Shown: positions 13,092 through 24,189 of the stretch, one piece after another
How the letters are laid out: every line of letters begins with the position of its first letter
How positions within the stretch are numbered: the stretch's first letter is position 1
NCBI RefSeq assembly: GCF_963921235.1
Contig: NC_086108.1
Coordinates: 248,001-312,000, forward strand
Origin: Mobula hypostoma
Taxonomy: Eukaryota
Direction: 5' to 3'
Length of the DNA stretch: 64,000 bases
Notes under the pieces: model-generated
The model's database searches: none
The model's input: only the letters and a program-made list of their open reading frames with translations
Told to the model about the DNA's origin: nothing
Made by a program: the position numbers and the translations under genes

Positions 13092-15690
13092 GAAATGAGA
13101 TGAGAAGTCAGAGGTGGGGGGAGGAGAAGAAGAAGTACAAGGTGGCAGGTGAACGGTGATAGAAGGGGTGGGGATGAAGTAAAGAGCTGGGAGGTCGATT
13201 GGTGAAAGAGATAAAGGGCTGGAGAAGGGGGAATCTGATAGGAGAGGACAGAAGGCCGTGGAAGAAAGGGAAGGGAGAGGAGCACCTGAGGGAGGTAAGG
13301 AGATGAGGTGAGAGTCAGAAATGGGGATGGGAAACGGGGAAGGGTGGTGGGGGGCGGGAAATTCGCAGAAGTTCGAGAAATCAATGTTCATTCTATCAGG
13401 TTGGAGGCTACCCAGACGGAATATAAGGTGTTGCTCCTCCAACCTGAGGGTGGCCACATCGTGGCAGTAGAGGAGGCCGTGACTGACGTGTCTGAATGGA
13501 AATGGGAAATAGAATTGAAACTGGTAGCCACCGGGAGATCCCACTTTTTCAGGCAGACGGAGTGTTTATTGCTCGGCGAAGAGGTCTCCCAGTCCACATT
13601 GGGTCTCACCGATATACAGGAGGCCACACCCGGAGCAACAGGTAGTCGACCCCAACAGACTCACAAGTGACGTGTCGCCTCACCTGGAAGGACTGTTTGG
13701 GCCCTGAATGGTAGTGATGGAGAGTGTGGGGCAAGTGTGGCACTTGTTCCGCTTGCAGGGGTAAGTGCCAGGAGGGAGATCAGTGGGGAGGGACAAATGG
13801 ACAAGAGAGTCGTGTAGGATTCGATCCCTACTGAAAGCGGAAAGTGGGGAGAAGGAAAAGATGTGCTTGGTGGTGGGATCCCATTGAAGATGGCGGAAGT
13901 TGCAGAGAATTATGTGCTGGACGCGGAGGCTGGTGGGGTGGTAGGTGAGGACAAGAGGAAATCTCTCCCTGCAGGGGCGGCGTAAGGATGGGGTGAGAGC
14001 AGACATTCGTGAAATGGAAGAGAGGTGAGGGCAGCATTGATGTTGGAGGAAGAGAAGCTCCTTTCGTTGAAGAAGGAGGACATCTCCTTCGTCCTGGAAT
14101 GAAAAGCCTCATTCTGAGAGCTGATACGGCAGAGCCAGAGGAACTGAGAGAAGGGGATGTCATTTTTACAAGTGACAGGCTGGGAAGAGGTATAGTTCAG
14201 GTAGCTGTGAAAATGAGTAGGTTTATAAAAAATATCAGTAGATAAACTTTCTGCAGAGATAGAGACAGAGAGATCAAGAAAGAGAAGGGAAGTGTTGGAA
14301 ATGGACCAGGTAAATTTGAGGGCAGCGTGGAAGTTGTAGGCAAAGTTGATGAAGTGGACGAGTTCAGCACTGGTGCAGGAAGCAGCACTAATGCAGTTAT
14401 CGATGTAGTGTAGGAAGAGTTGGGGCATGATACCAGTGTAGGCTTGGAACATAGACTGTTCCACGTAGCCGATGGAAAAGCAGGCATAGCTGGGACCCCC
14501 GCGAGTGCTCGTGGCTTCACCTTTTAGTTTGAAGGAAGTGGGAGGAGGCAGAGGAGAATTTGTTGAGGGTGAGGAACAGTTCCGCCAGAGGGAGGAGAGT
14601 GGTGGTGGAGGGGAACAGGTTGGGTCTGGTGTCCAGAAAGAAGCAGAGAGCTTTAAGGCTGATGGGGGCTGGAGGTGTGTAGGGACTGGACATCCGTAGT
14701 GAAAATGAGACGACCAGGGCTAGGGAACTTGAAGTCATTGAAAAGATGAAGAGCGAGTGATAGGTCTACCTGGACAAGTAGGTTTGTGGATCTTGGGTAG
14801 GAGGTAGAAATGGGAGGTGCAGGTTGAGGAAACAATGAGGTTGGTGGAGGTGGGTTGGAGATCCCCAGAGTCAATATGGTTGGTGATGGTGTCGGGGACA
14901 ATGGCCTGGTGCTCCTTAGTGGGGTCCTGTTCCAGGGGTAAGTAAGAGGAGGTGTCTGAGAGCTGGCGCTGGGGCTCAGCGAGGTAGAGGTCAGTTCGCC
15001 AGACTACTACAGCACCTCCCTAATCTGCGGGTTTGATGGTGAGGTTAGGATTAGTGCGGAGGCAGTGCAGAGCGGAGTGTTGAGAAGGAGTGAGGTTGGA
15101 ATTGGAGAGGAATGTTGAAGTCGAGACGGTTGATGTCCCATCGGCAGTTGGCAATGGAAAGCTCCAGAGCAGGCAAAAGACCAGGGTGGGGTGTCCAGGA
15201 GGAGGAGGAGGGTTAAAGATGGGAGAAGGGGTCACTGGTGTGGGGTGGGCGTCCTTGCCTAAGAAATAGGCTCGGAGACGGAGATGGCGGAGGAAGAGCT
15301 CGGCATCATGGTGGGCGCGGAACTCACTGAGGTGTGGGTGTGGGGGGACCGAGGACAGAACGGTCTGCCTCAGAGAGGGAGGTTGGAAGGAATTGTGAAG
15401 AGCCAGCACGGATGAGAGCTGGGATTGGATTGGGGGAGGGGTTGGTAGTGTTTGAGGAGAGGGGAGGATTGAGGTGTTCAGGGAAGGTGATAGATGGGTG
15501 AATAGGAGAGAACTCGTAGCGGGGGAGCCAAGGTGGAATATATTGTGTGTGTTGCTCTGAATTTATAGTATCTGTTGAACCTCTTGTGTTTAATCTCTGG
15601 TGTGTTTCTGGTTTTTAATTGTGAGGAGAGTTAATTTGCTCCAAAAACAATAATTCAACCTCAGGGATAGAAGAGCTTCAGGAGTCTATT

Positions 15691-15767
15691 CAGCAGTGGT
15701 GGGAATTGAACCCGGGTCGCCGGTACAGTAAAGCGTTGTGTGGACCGCTACGCTACCGGGCCGCCCC
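15691..15767 (-). mobile_element. tRNA-like head fragment of the HE1-like SINE
   Basis: Reverse complement GGTAGCGTAGCGGT...GGGTTCAATTCCC; same head as 9552-9735. Confidence 0.65.
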
Positions 15768-15844
15768 ACGGTTCACTTGGAATCCAGCACTGTGTATGGA
15801 GTGTATGATGGACGGGATTGTGTTAAAAACAAATCCAGCGCACC

Positions 15845-16245
15845 CCTTGGCTGGCGGGGTGGAGATACGTCTCTACCAAAGGAGGTGTGAAGCGCTCTTT
15901 CCCTCCGCCAGCCTGCAGGTCACCCTTGGGCAAGGTGTAGTACCTGCCACCTGCCTAGCCCCCCAGTCTGGGTTATGTGAGGCTAAGGGAGCAGGTGCGG
16001 GATGGTTGTATGAGCAGCCAGTGCAGATCACAAGTCCAGGTTATGCCACCACTGAAGAGTATTGATAATGGCTGGGGGGGGGTCGCACGTCTTGTAAAGA
16101 CACTGCCCAGAAGGCGGCAGTGACAAACCACTTCTGTAGAAAACTTTGCCAAAAACAATCATGGTCATGGAAAGACTATGATTGCCCACATCACACGACA
16201 CGGTGCATAATGGTGACGTCATATGACATGGCACATAATGATGAA
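15845..16245 (+). mobile_element. RTE-related SINE family A, near full-length uninterrupted copy
   Basis: 5' hairpin GGTGGAGA-TACG-TCTCTACC, Bov-A-like motif, 3' hairpin CAATCATGGTC/GACTATGATTG (16156-16184) and an ATAATGATG-type tail. Confidence 0.7.
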
Positions 16246-16353
16246 GCAGCTTAATTTCCAACTGACAAATGCTGGAAATCCAGAGTAACACAAGCAAAAT
16301 GGAGCAACTCAGGAGATTAGAGAGCTGGATAAAGAGCCAACATTACGGGCTGA

Positions 16354-16710
16354 CCTCCAAGAGGTCCACAGCCTTGTTGTGGTTTGAAGGCTTGCATACC
16401 TCAACGACCCAGAGAGCTATGCTGGCTGGGGTCGGGGCTTTGTGCTTTGGCTCTTGGTAGGATCGCCCACGCCGAACAGGTCAAAGGGTAGAGGTCAAAC
16501 TAAGAGTGGTCCAGCAGTCCTCGGGATCTGGGGGTTCAGCTCAGAATTGTTACGTAAACAGTAGTGACGATTCCTTCTACGTCTGAGTGCTGACGATACT
16601 CCTGAGTCTCCACCCGGGGCTTGCAAGGCTGACATTAGTGAAAACAGAGAGAAGCCACCGACGTGATGAAGGGAGTCCTGAAGATCGTCAGAGACGGAGG
16701 ACCTTCATTG
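16354..16710 (+). mobile_element. Non-autonomous RTE (Expander/Rex3-like) element, family B; second copy at ~52345-52770
   Basis: Two alignable copies in the window. The 5' part resembles the Expander/Rex3 5' UTR (CCTTGTTGTGG...GAGCTATG...GGTAGG...AACAGGTC). Confidence 0.55.
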
Positions 16711-17064
16711 CAGAAGATAAAGTAAGTTTCAGGCCGAGACCCTTCATTAGGACTCACTAATACTTTGTGATTGGTGAAACCGACCATTGTGTGTGGGACA
16801 TTCTGACTCTGCCCAGCTGAAACTACATAGAGAGAAGGCATCAGATCAGTATCGGCACTTTGTGAAAGATATATCCCTGCCTCTTAAGGCCTAGTTCAGG
16901 ACAGTTAAACCTCTGTGTAGTTGTATATTCAGGGTGCCATGCGTCTACCCTGTAACAGAAAGGGACGTGCTACCATTGTAATTATGTGATTCTGTCAATC
17001 TGCCTGACTCTATTCAAAATGTTCACATTAAGTAGGTGATTAGTTAATCAATCATGGTGTCGAC

Positions 17065-18025
17065 GAAGTCAAAGTCAAAGTAAAATTTATTATCAAAGTA
17101 GGTATGTGTTTCCATCTACAACCCTGAGATTCATTTTCAATAAATCTATGGAATAAAAACCTTAACAGAATCAATGAAAGACGGCGACAACTTGGGGGTC
17201 AGCCAGAGTGCAAAAGGCAACAAGCTGTGCAAATCCGAAAAGAAAGAAACAATAAACAATAAATAAGCAATAAATATCGAGAACATGAGATGAAGAGTCC
17301 TTGAAAGTGAATCCACAAGTTGTGGGAACATTTCAGTGATGGAGCAAGTGAAGTTGAGTGAAGTTAACCCCTTTGGTTCAAGAGCCTGTACCACCTTCCT
17401 GATGGTTGAGGGGTAATAACCGTTCCTGAACCTGGTGGTGTGAGTCCTGAGGCTCCTGTACCTCCTTCCTGATGGTTGAGGGGTAATAACTGTTCCTGAA
17501 CCTGGTGGTGTGGGTCCTGAGGCTCCTGTACCTCCTTCCTGATGGTTGAGGGGTAATAACTGTTCCTGAACCTGGTGGTGTGAGTCCTGAGGCTCCTGTA
17601 CCTCCTTCCTGATGGTTGAGGGGTAATAACCGTTCCTGAACCTGGTGGTGTGAGTCCTGAGGCTCCTGTACCTCCTTCCTGATGGTTGAGGGGTAATAAC
17701 TGTTCCTGAACCTGGTGGTGTGGGTCCTGAGGCTTCTATACCTCCTTCCTGTTGGCAGCAATGAGGGACGGAGTCGGATGATGGATGCTAATTTCCTGTG
17801 ACAATATTTCACGTAGATGTGCTTTACCTGTGATGGACTGGGCAGCATCCACAGGTTTTTGTAGGATTTTCCGTTCAAGGGCATTGGTGTTTCCCTACCA
17901 GGCTGTGGTGCAGCCTGTCAATATACTCTCCACCACACATCTATAGAAGTTTGTCAAAGTTTTAGAGGTCACGCTGAATCTCCACAGGCTCTCAAGCAAG
18001 TAGAGGCGCTGCCATGCTTTCTACA
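17065..18025 (-). mobile_element. Rex1/Babar-type LINE 3' portion containing a 70-bp tandem array
   Basis: Reverse complement gives the KA.QRLY.L...TLTNFYRCVVESILTGC C-terminus, GRRYRSLRTHTTRFRNSYYP and an AATAAA-TTTGAC tail. Confidence 0.75.
17385..17750. repeat. 70-bp tandem repeat, ~5 copies
   Basis: GATGGTTGAGGGG starts at 17401, 17471, 17541, 17611 and 17681. Confidence 0.95.
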
Positions 18026-18509
18026 ATGGAATTTACAATAAAAACTCCACATAAACGCAGATTGCCAAACAACCAATGTGCAAAAGAATGCAAGTTGTGT
18101 ATTAAAGAAAAGCAGGGAACTTGAGTTGTAAAATGTCCTTGAAATGTGAGTTTGCAGTTTGCAGGAATTCTGAAAAATAGTGTCTGGAGAGTAAGAATCT
18201 CTCGGATTCACCTGCACCCTACATGAGGATGGAAAAGGGTTCTCGGCTTGAAACGTCGACTGTGTATTCAATACCTTAGATGCTGCCTGACCTGCTGTGT
18301 TCCTCCGACAGTTTGCATGAGTTGTTCTGGGTTTCCAGCTTCTGCAGAGCCTCTCGTGTTTATGAAGACCCTCCCCATTCCTGCATTTGTTGCTCCGGTG
18401 TTTCTCCATTCTCCAGTCCCCCACCTTCCTTCCTCCCTCCTGCGACGGCGGCAATCTATGGGTCTCCAGTCTACAATCACAGACTGAACTGGCATTGTTT
18501 CTTTCGCAG

Positions 18510-18628
18510 TTCGCCGTGCAGCCGCTCTCCTTGGGTTGAAAGAGGTTGGCGAAGAGGAGCAATGGATATTGTACTGGTCGGACACTTTCGTGTCACGGGA
18601 TAAAGCCCTGTCACTAAAGCGGTACCAG
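18510..18628 (+). CDS. TTLL6/TTLL13-like: TTLL6/13-like exon: VRRAAALLGLKEVGEEEQWILYWSDTFVSRDKALSLKRYQ
   Basis: tttctttcgcag / gtaatt, 119 nt. Matches VRRAA...W.LYW.D...K.YQ of TTLL6/13. Not in the ORF track. Confidence 0.92.
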
Positions 18629-18960
18629 GTAATTGACCCACGGAAGAGCCAATGAGAAGCTCCCATTCCGCCCCCACCCCCAGAACCTGCACCATTGTGA
18701 AACTCCACTCAGCTTTTAAATTTTCTGATGTTGATGCTGTAGTTACAAGGCATCCCTTCCCTCCGCTAGCCTGCATGTCAGCCTTGGGCAAGGTGTAGCA
18801 CCTGGTTAGACCCCCCCCCCCACTGATCAGGGTCACGCGAAGCCATGGGGGCAGCTGGTGGATGGCCATATGAGCAACCAGTCCTGGTGATATAACCACT
18901 GATGCCAGGCAGGCAATCTCTGAAGAGTATTGACGATGGTTTGGTGGGGGGGGGGGGGTT

Positions 18961-20716
18961 AACCATAGAACATAGAATAGTACAGCACAGTACAGGCCCT
19001 TCAGCCCACAATATTGTGCCGACCCTTAAACCCTGCCTCCCATATAACCCCCCACCTTAAATTCCTCCAAATACCTGTCTAGCACTCTCTTAAATTTCAC
19101 CAGTGTATCTGCCTTCACTACTGACTCAGGCAGTGCATTCCACGCACCAACCACTCTCTGAATAAAAAACCTTCCTCTAATATCCCCCTTGAACTTCACA
19201 CCCCTTACCTTAAAACCATGTCCTCTTGTACTGAGCAGTGGTGCCCTGGGGAAGAGGCGCTGGCTATCCACTCTATCTATTCCTCTTAATATCTTGTATG
19301 CCTCTATCATGTCTCCTGTCATCTTCCTTCTCTCCAAAGAGTAAAGCCCTATCTCCCTTAATCTCTGATCATAATCCATACTCCCTAAACCAGGCCCCAT
19401 CCTGTTAAATCTCCTCTATACCCTTTCCAATGCTTCCACATCCTTCTTAAAGTGAGGCGACCAGAACTGGACACGGTACTCCAAGTGTGGCCTAACCAGA
19501 GTTTTATAGAGCTGCATCATTACCTCGCAACTCTTAAACTCTGTCCCTCGACTTATGAAAGCTAACACCCCATAAGCTTTCTTAACTACCCTATCTACCT
19601 GTGAGGCAACTCATATTGTCCCCACCTTCATCAAGTTCCCTCTCATTGGTGATTACCGAAGAGAAGTATTCATTGAGGACCTCGCTCACTTCCACAACCT
19701 CCAGGCACATCTTCCCACCTTTATCTCTAATCGGTCCTACCTTCATTCCTGTCATCATTTTGATCTTCACATAATTGAAGAATGCCTGGGTTTTCCTTAA
19801 CCCTACTCGCCAAAGCCTTCTCATGTTCCCTTCTTGCTCTCCTCAGCCCCTTCTTAAGCTCCTTTCTTGCTACCCTATATTCCTCAGTAGACCCATCTGA
19901 TCCTTGCTACCTAGACCATGTATGCTGCCTTCTTCCACCTGACTAGATATTCCACCTCACTTGTCACCCATGTTCCTTCAGCCAATCATTCTTTATCTTC
20001 CTCACCGGGACAAATTTATCCCTAACATCCAGCAAGAGATCCCTAAACATCGACCACATGTCCATAATACATTTCCCTGCAAAAACATCATCCCAATTCA
20101 CACCTGCAAGTTCTAGCCTTATAGCCTCATAATTTGCCCTTCCCCAATTAAAATTTTTCCTGTCCTCTCTGACTCTATCCTTTTCCATGATAATGTCAAA
20201 GGCCAGGGAGCAGTGGCCACTGTCCTCCAGATGCTCACCCACTGAGAGATCTGTGACCTGACCTGGTTCGTTACCGAATACTAGATCTAGTATGGCATTC
20301 CCCCTCGTCGGCCTGTCAACATATTGTGACAGGAATCCATGCTGGACATACCTAACAAACTCTGCCCCATCTAAACCATTGGAACTAATCAGGTGCCAAT
20401 CAATATTAGGGAAGTTAAAGTCACCCATGACAACAACCCTGTTATTTTTGCACCTTTCCAAAATCTGCCTCCCAATCTGCTCCTCTGTATCTCTGCTGCT
20501 ACCAGGGGGCCTATAGAATACTCCCAATAGAGTAACTACTCCCTTCCTGTTCCTGACTTCTACCCATACTGACTCAAAAGAGGATCCTGCTACATTACAC
20601 ACCCTTTCTGTAGCTGTAATAGTATCCCTGACCAGTAATGCCACCCCTCCTCCCCTGTCCCCCCCTCTCTATCCCTTTTAAAGCACTGAAATCCAGGAAT
20701 ATTGAGAATCCATCCC
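18961..20716 (-). mobile_element. CR1 LINE (APE endonuclease + C-terminus, RT core deleted) inserted into a family A SINE
   Basis: ORF 19964-20644 has APE motifs (GVFYRPP, MGDFNFP, ILDLV). ORF 19026-19400 is the CR1 C-terminus. SINE A sequence resumes at ~20718. Confidence 0.9.
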
Positions 20717-21780
20717 TACCATCTTGTAAAGACAATACCCAGAAGAAGCCGATGGCAAACCACTTCTGTAGATAACATTTGCTGAGAACAATCACGGTCA
20801 GGAGACCGTGATTGCCCACGTCATATGACATAATGGTTATGATGTGCCTAAGACTTTTGCACACAGTACAGTATTTGTCCTCGTGGAGCAGAGAGCGAGT
20901 TTGTAACTCTGGCGGGAACAAAGGATTTTGGGAATGGCGAGGGTGGAGCACCCCAGGAGGGGTGTGGGACAGGTGGCAGAGGAGTGCCAGGGGTGGGGGG
21001 GTGCAGACACACCCAGCCCTGAGACGCCAGGCAAGGTCACTTGATTCCAAAAATTGGTTTATTAATCATTACAGAATGTCTCTCTGGTGCCTCCCCCTCC
21101 CTTTCCCTTTTCCCAACCATGATTCATTCCCCTCTCCCTGCCCCACTTCCCACTCAGTCTGCAATAGACACCCATATCAGAATCAGGTTTATCATCACTC
21201 ACACATGTCATGAAATTAGATTTTTTTTGTGGCAGCAGTACAGTGCAATACATAAAATCACTACAGTACTGTGCACCCTTGATATTTAGATGTGCTCCTA
21301 AATACCTACCTCATTATGATCTTGCATTTTGTCATTTACCTGTGCTGCATTTTCTGGGTAGCTTTTACACTTTATTCTGTACTTTGATTATTTTACCCTG
21401 TTCTGCCTCATTGTACTGATCTGTGTGAACAGTAGGCAAGACAAGCTTTTCACTGATTCTTGGTATGTGCATGAAAATCGCAGGAGGTTAGCAGTTTCTG
21501 ACATACTCAAACCACCCTGTCTGTCACCGGCAATCATTCCACGGTCAAAGTCACTTAGATCACAAATTCTTCCCCCTCTATTCTGATGTTTGGTCTGAAC
21601 AATGATCGAACTTCTTGACCATGTCTGCATGTTTTTATTAATTGAGTTTCTGCCACATGGTTGGCTGATGAGATATTTTATATTAAGGAGCAGGAGCACC
21701 TAGTAAAATGGTCACTGAACGTATGCCACGTCATACTGGTATACCGTCTGCATGGATTGATAATTCTTTTCCTCGCACAG

Positions 21781-21911
21781 AAAATGAATTACTTTCTTGG
21801 GATGAACGAAATCTGTATGAAGGATTTGCTGGTCATGAACTTAAATCGCATGCTAAGGCAATACCCAGAAGATTACAACATCTTCCCAAAAAGCTGGCGT
21901 TTACCATCTGA
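21781..21911 (+). CDS. TTLL6/TTLL13-like: TTLL6/13-like exon: KMNYFLGMNEICMKDLLVMNLNRMLRQYPEDYNIFPKSWRLPS(E)
   Basis: ttcctcgcacag / gtaagt, 131 nt. Homologous to KINHFPGMSEICRKDLLARN..RM....FP.TW.LP. Confidence 0.93.
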
Positions 21912-23788
21912 GTAAGTTTAAAGACCACCTCGAAATGGAGTGGGGCTCTGTTCATGCGTGTGTGTGTTTCGAACTTTCAAAGTACATTTACTATCAAAGA
22001 ATGTGTAAATTATACAACCCTGAGATCTCCTTGCTTGTCAGCAGTTGCAAAGGGTGAAATCCAAAAGAACCCAATTAAAACTAAAGGCCAACACCCGATG
22101 CGCAGAGAAAGGGAAAAAGCACAAATCATGCAAACAGTAGAAGCAAGCAAAATCTGTATGGTCTCTCTGAACCATAAAGTGTGTGTGTGTGTGTGTGTGT
22201 ATAAGTTATGAAAAGATTAAAGATTAGCCATACTTGTCACATGTACAGTACATCGAAACATACAGTGATATGTGGTCTCAGGCACAGAGCCGAGAGAGCA
22301 TCGAACCAGCAGAGCCCGCGTCCCGAGAGCGAGGAACGACCTGAGATTTGGACGATTTAAGTGCCAGGCCAGATTGAAAAGGTCAGGAGGTGATGAACGG
22401 GCTGGTATTCAGCTCGCTGCTCGGCAAGGTTTACTGAGCAGTGCGCTGAACTGAGGCCGTGGCCTGCAACGAACAGGCTCCTGGACTGGCTGCAGTGACG
22501 ACTGGCTTCGTGTCAGTGCACTCACTTCTGTCAACTTCAGTTCTGAAAGTTATTTGCTTACTTTTATTGTTGGCATGATTTAAGTTTGTTTCTGCCCATT
22601 GGGTGTCTGGCAGTCTTCACTTTTTTAATGGGTTCTTTTATGTTTCGTTGTTCTGTGGCTGCCTGTAAGGAGACGATTCTCAGGATTGGACGTCGTATAC
22701 CTGCTTTGATAATAAATGTACTTTGAACTGCGTCAATGACACTTAGCACCACTTTCCCATCTTTATTACATCAAAGGTTAAAGTTCAAAGTAAATCTATT
22801 ATCAAGGTACGTATATGATATGACCTTGAAATTTGTTTTCTTGCAAGTACAATAGAATTTGTGGAAGACTATAAATAACAAAGACTGACAAACAACCAAT
22901 GCGCAAAAGAAGACGGATTGTGCCAAGTTGCAGAGTTCTTGGAAAAGAGTCCATAGGGTTGTAGAATGAGTTGAGGGTGGAGGTGAGTGAAGGTATCCAT
23001 GCTGATGGTTGAGGGGTAATTACTGTTCCTGAACCTGATGGTGTGGGACCCCAGTCTGCTTGGACCTCTTTGTCCAATGAGCAGAGAGCATGGATGTGGA
23101 TGTTGGATGCTGTTTTCTTGTGGCAGTTAAGTGTACTCAATGGTGGGGAGGATTTTGCCTGGTATGGACTTTCTATAAACTCTTCCATTAATGCACATTG
23201 GTCTGAAGTTGAGATACGTTTTAAAACAAACCTCAACATATCTCATCTTAGCAATCTTTGTTGGACATACACCCAAGTTGCAAGGGTCCATTAAGTTAAC
23301 ATCTAATGGAAAGAGATATTAAATGACCATTACCAGTCTCTCCTCCCGTGTACCCACCCTCACCCCCTCCCACTCTCCCTGTCACTTCCTCTGTTGCTTC
23401 CTCTTCCCACTCATACCCACTCTCTCCCAATACTCCCCCCACTCCCCTGCCACTCTGCTCTTGCACTCGCCCGCTCCCAATCCCCCATGCATGCCCTCCA
23501 ACACACACCTCCCAATCCCCGCTTTCACTCCCCCCAACACCCCTCCCGGTCCCCCCTCTGAGTCCTCTCTCCCACTCCTCCCTCCACTGCCACCTCCCCT
23601 CCCCTCTCACATCTGTATCATACAGCTCTCCAGTGATGTGGATGCAGCATATAAGATATAGCTGACCAATCTCCCATCATTGCCCAAAGGCAAAAGTACC
23701 CAAATGATTGTTATAATGACTGCATCCCTCACCTGCTTAAAAAATTATGGTGTCAAAGGCAAGTGCTCATTCAATAGTCAACAAACTA

Positions 23789-24189
23789 GGAAAAGAGATG
23801 GCAAGGTGGGACTTGTGAGGCAAAGAGATGGCATGGTGGGACTTGTGAGGCAAAGAGATGGCATGGTGGGACTTGTGAGGCAAAGAGATGGCATGGTGGG
23901 ACTTGTGAGGCAAAGAGATGGTGCGGTGGGACTTGTTAGGCAAAGAGATGGGGTGGTGGGGCTTGTGAGGCAAAGAGATGGGGTGGTGGGGCTTGTGAGG
24001 CAAAGAGATGGTGTGGTGGGACTTGTTAGGAAAAAAGATGGTGTGGTGGGGCTTGTTAGGAAAAGAGATGGTGTGGTGGGACTTGTTAGGCAAAGGGATG
24101 GCATGGTGGGACTTGTTAGGCAAAGAGATAGTATACTGGGACTTGTTAGGCAAAGAGATGGTGTGGTAGGACTTTTTAGGCAAAGGAAT
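23789..24189. repeat. 30-bp minisatellite, left arm (~13 copies)
   Basis: Unit CAAAGAGATGGYRTGGTGGGACTTGTKAGG. Confidence 0.95.

Larger units (their letters stand above)
12810..15500 (-). mobile_element. Penelope-like retroelement (RT + GIY-YIG endonuclease), frameshifted
   Basis: Minus-strand ORF fragments: IKPAD, FTTDVQSLHTS, FLHYIDN, FLDLSVSI, IFYKPT, IPFSQF, PLVLTYHP, C..C knuckle and LYIGET GIY-YIG segment (~13560-13690). Confidence 0.92.

Noticed and set aside
16400..16490. HDV-like ribozyme in the family B 5' region
   Set aside because: Only a weak GACC/GGTC pairing; no recognisable P3/L3.
17378..17884. 168-aa ORF with repeated peptides
   Set aside because: Translation of the 70-bp tandem array cycling through reading frames.
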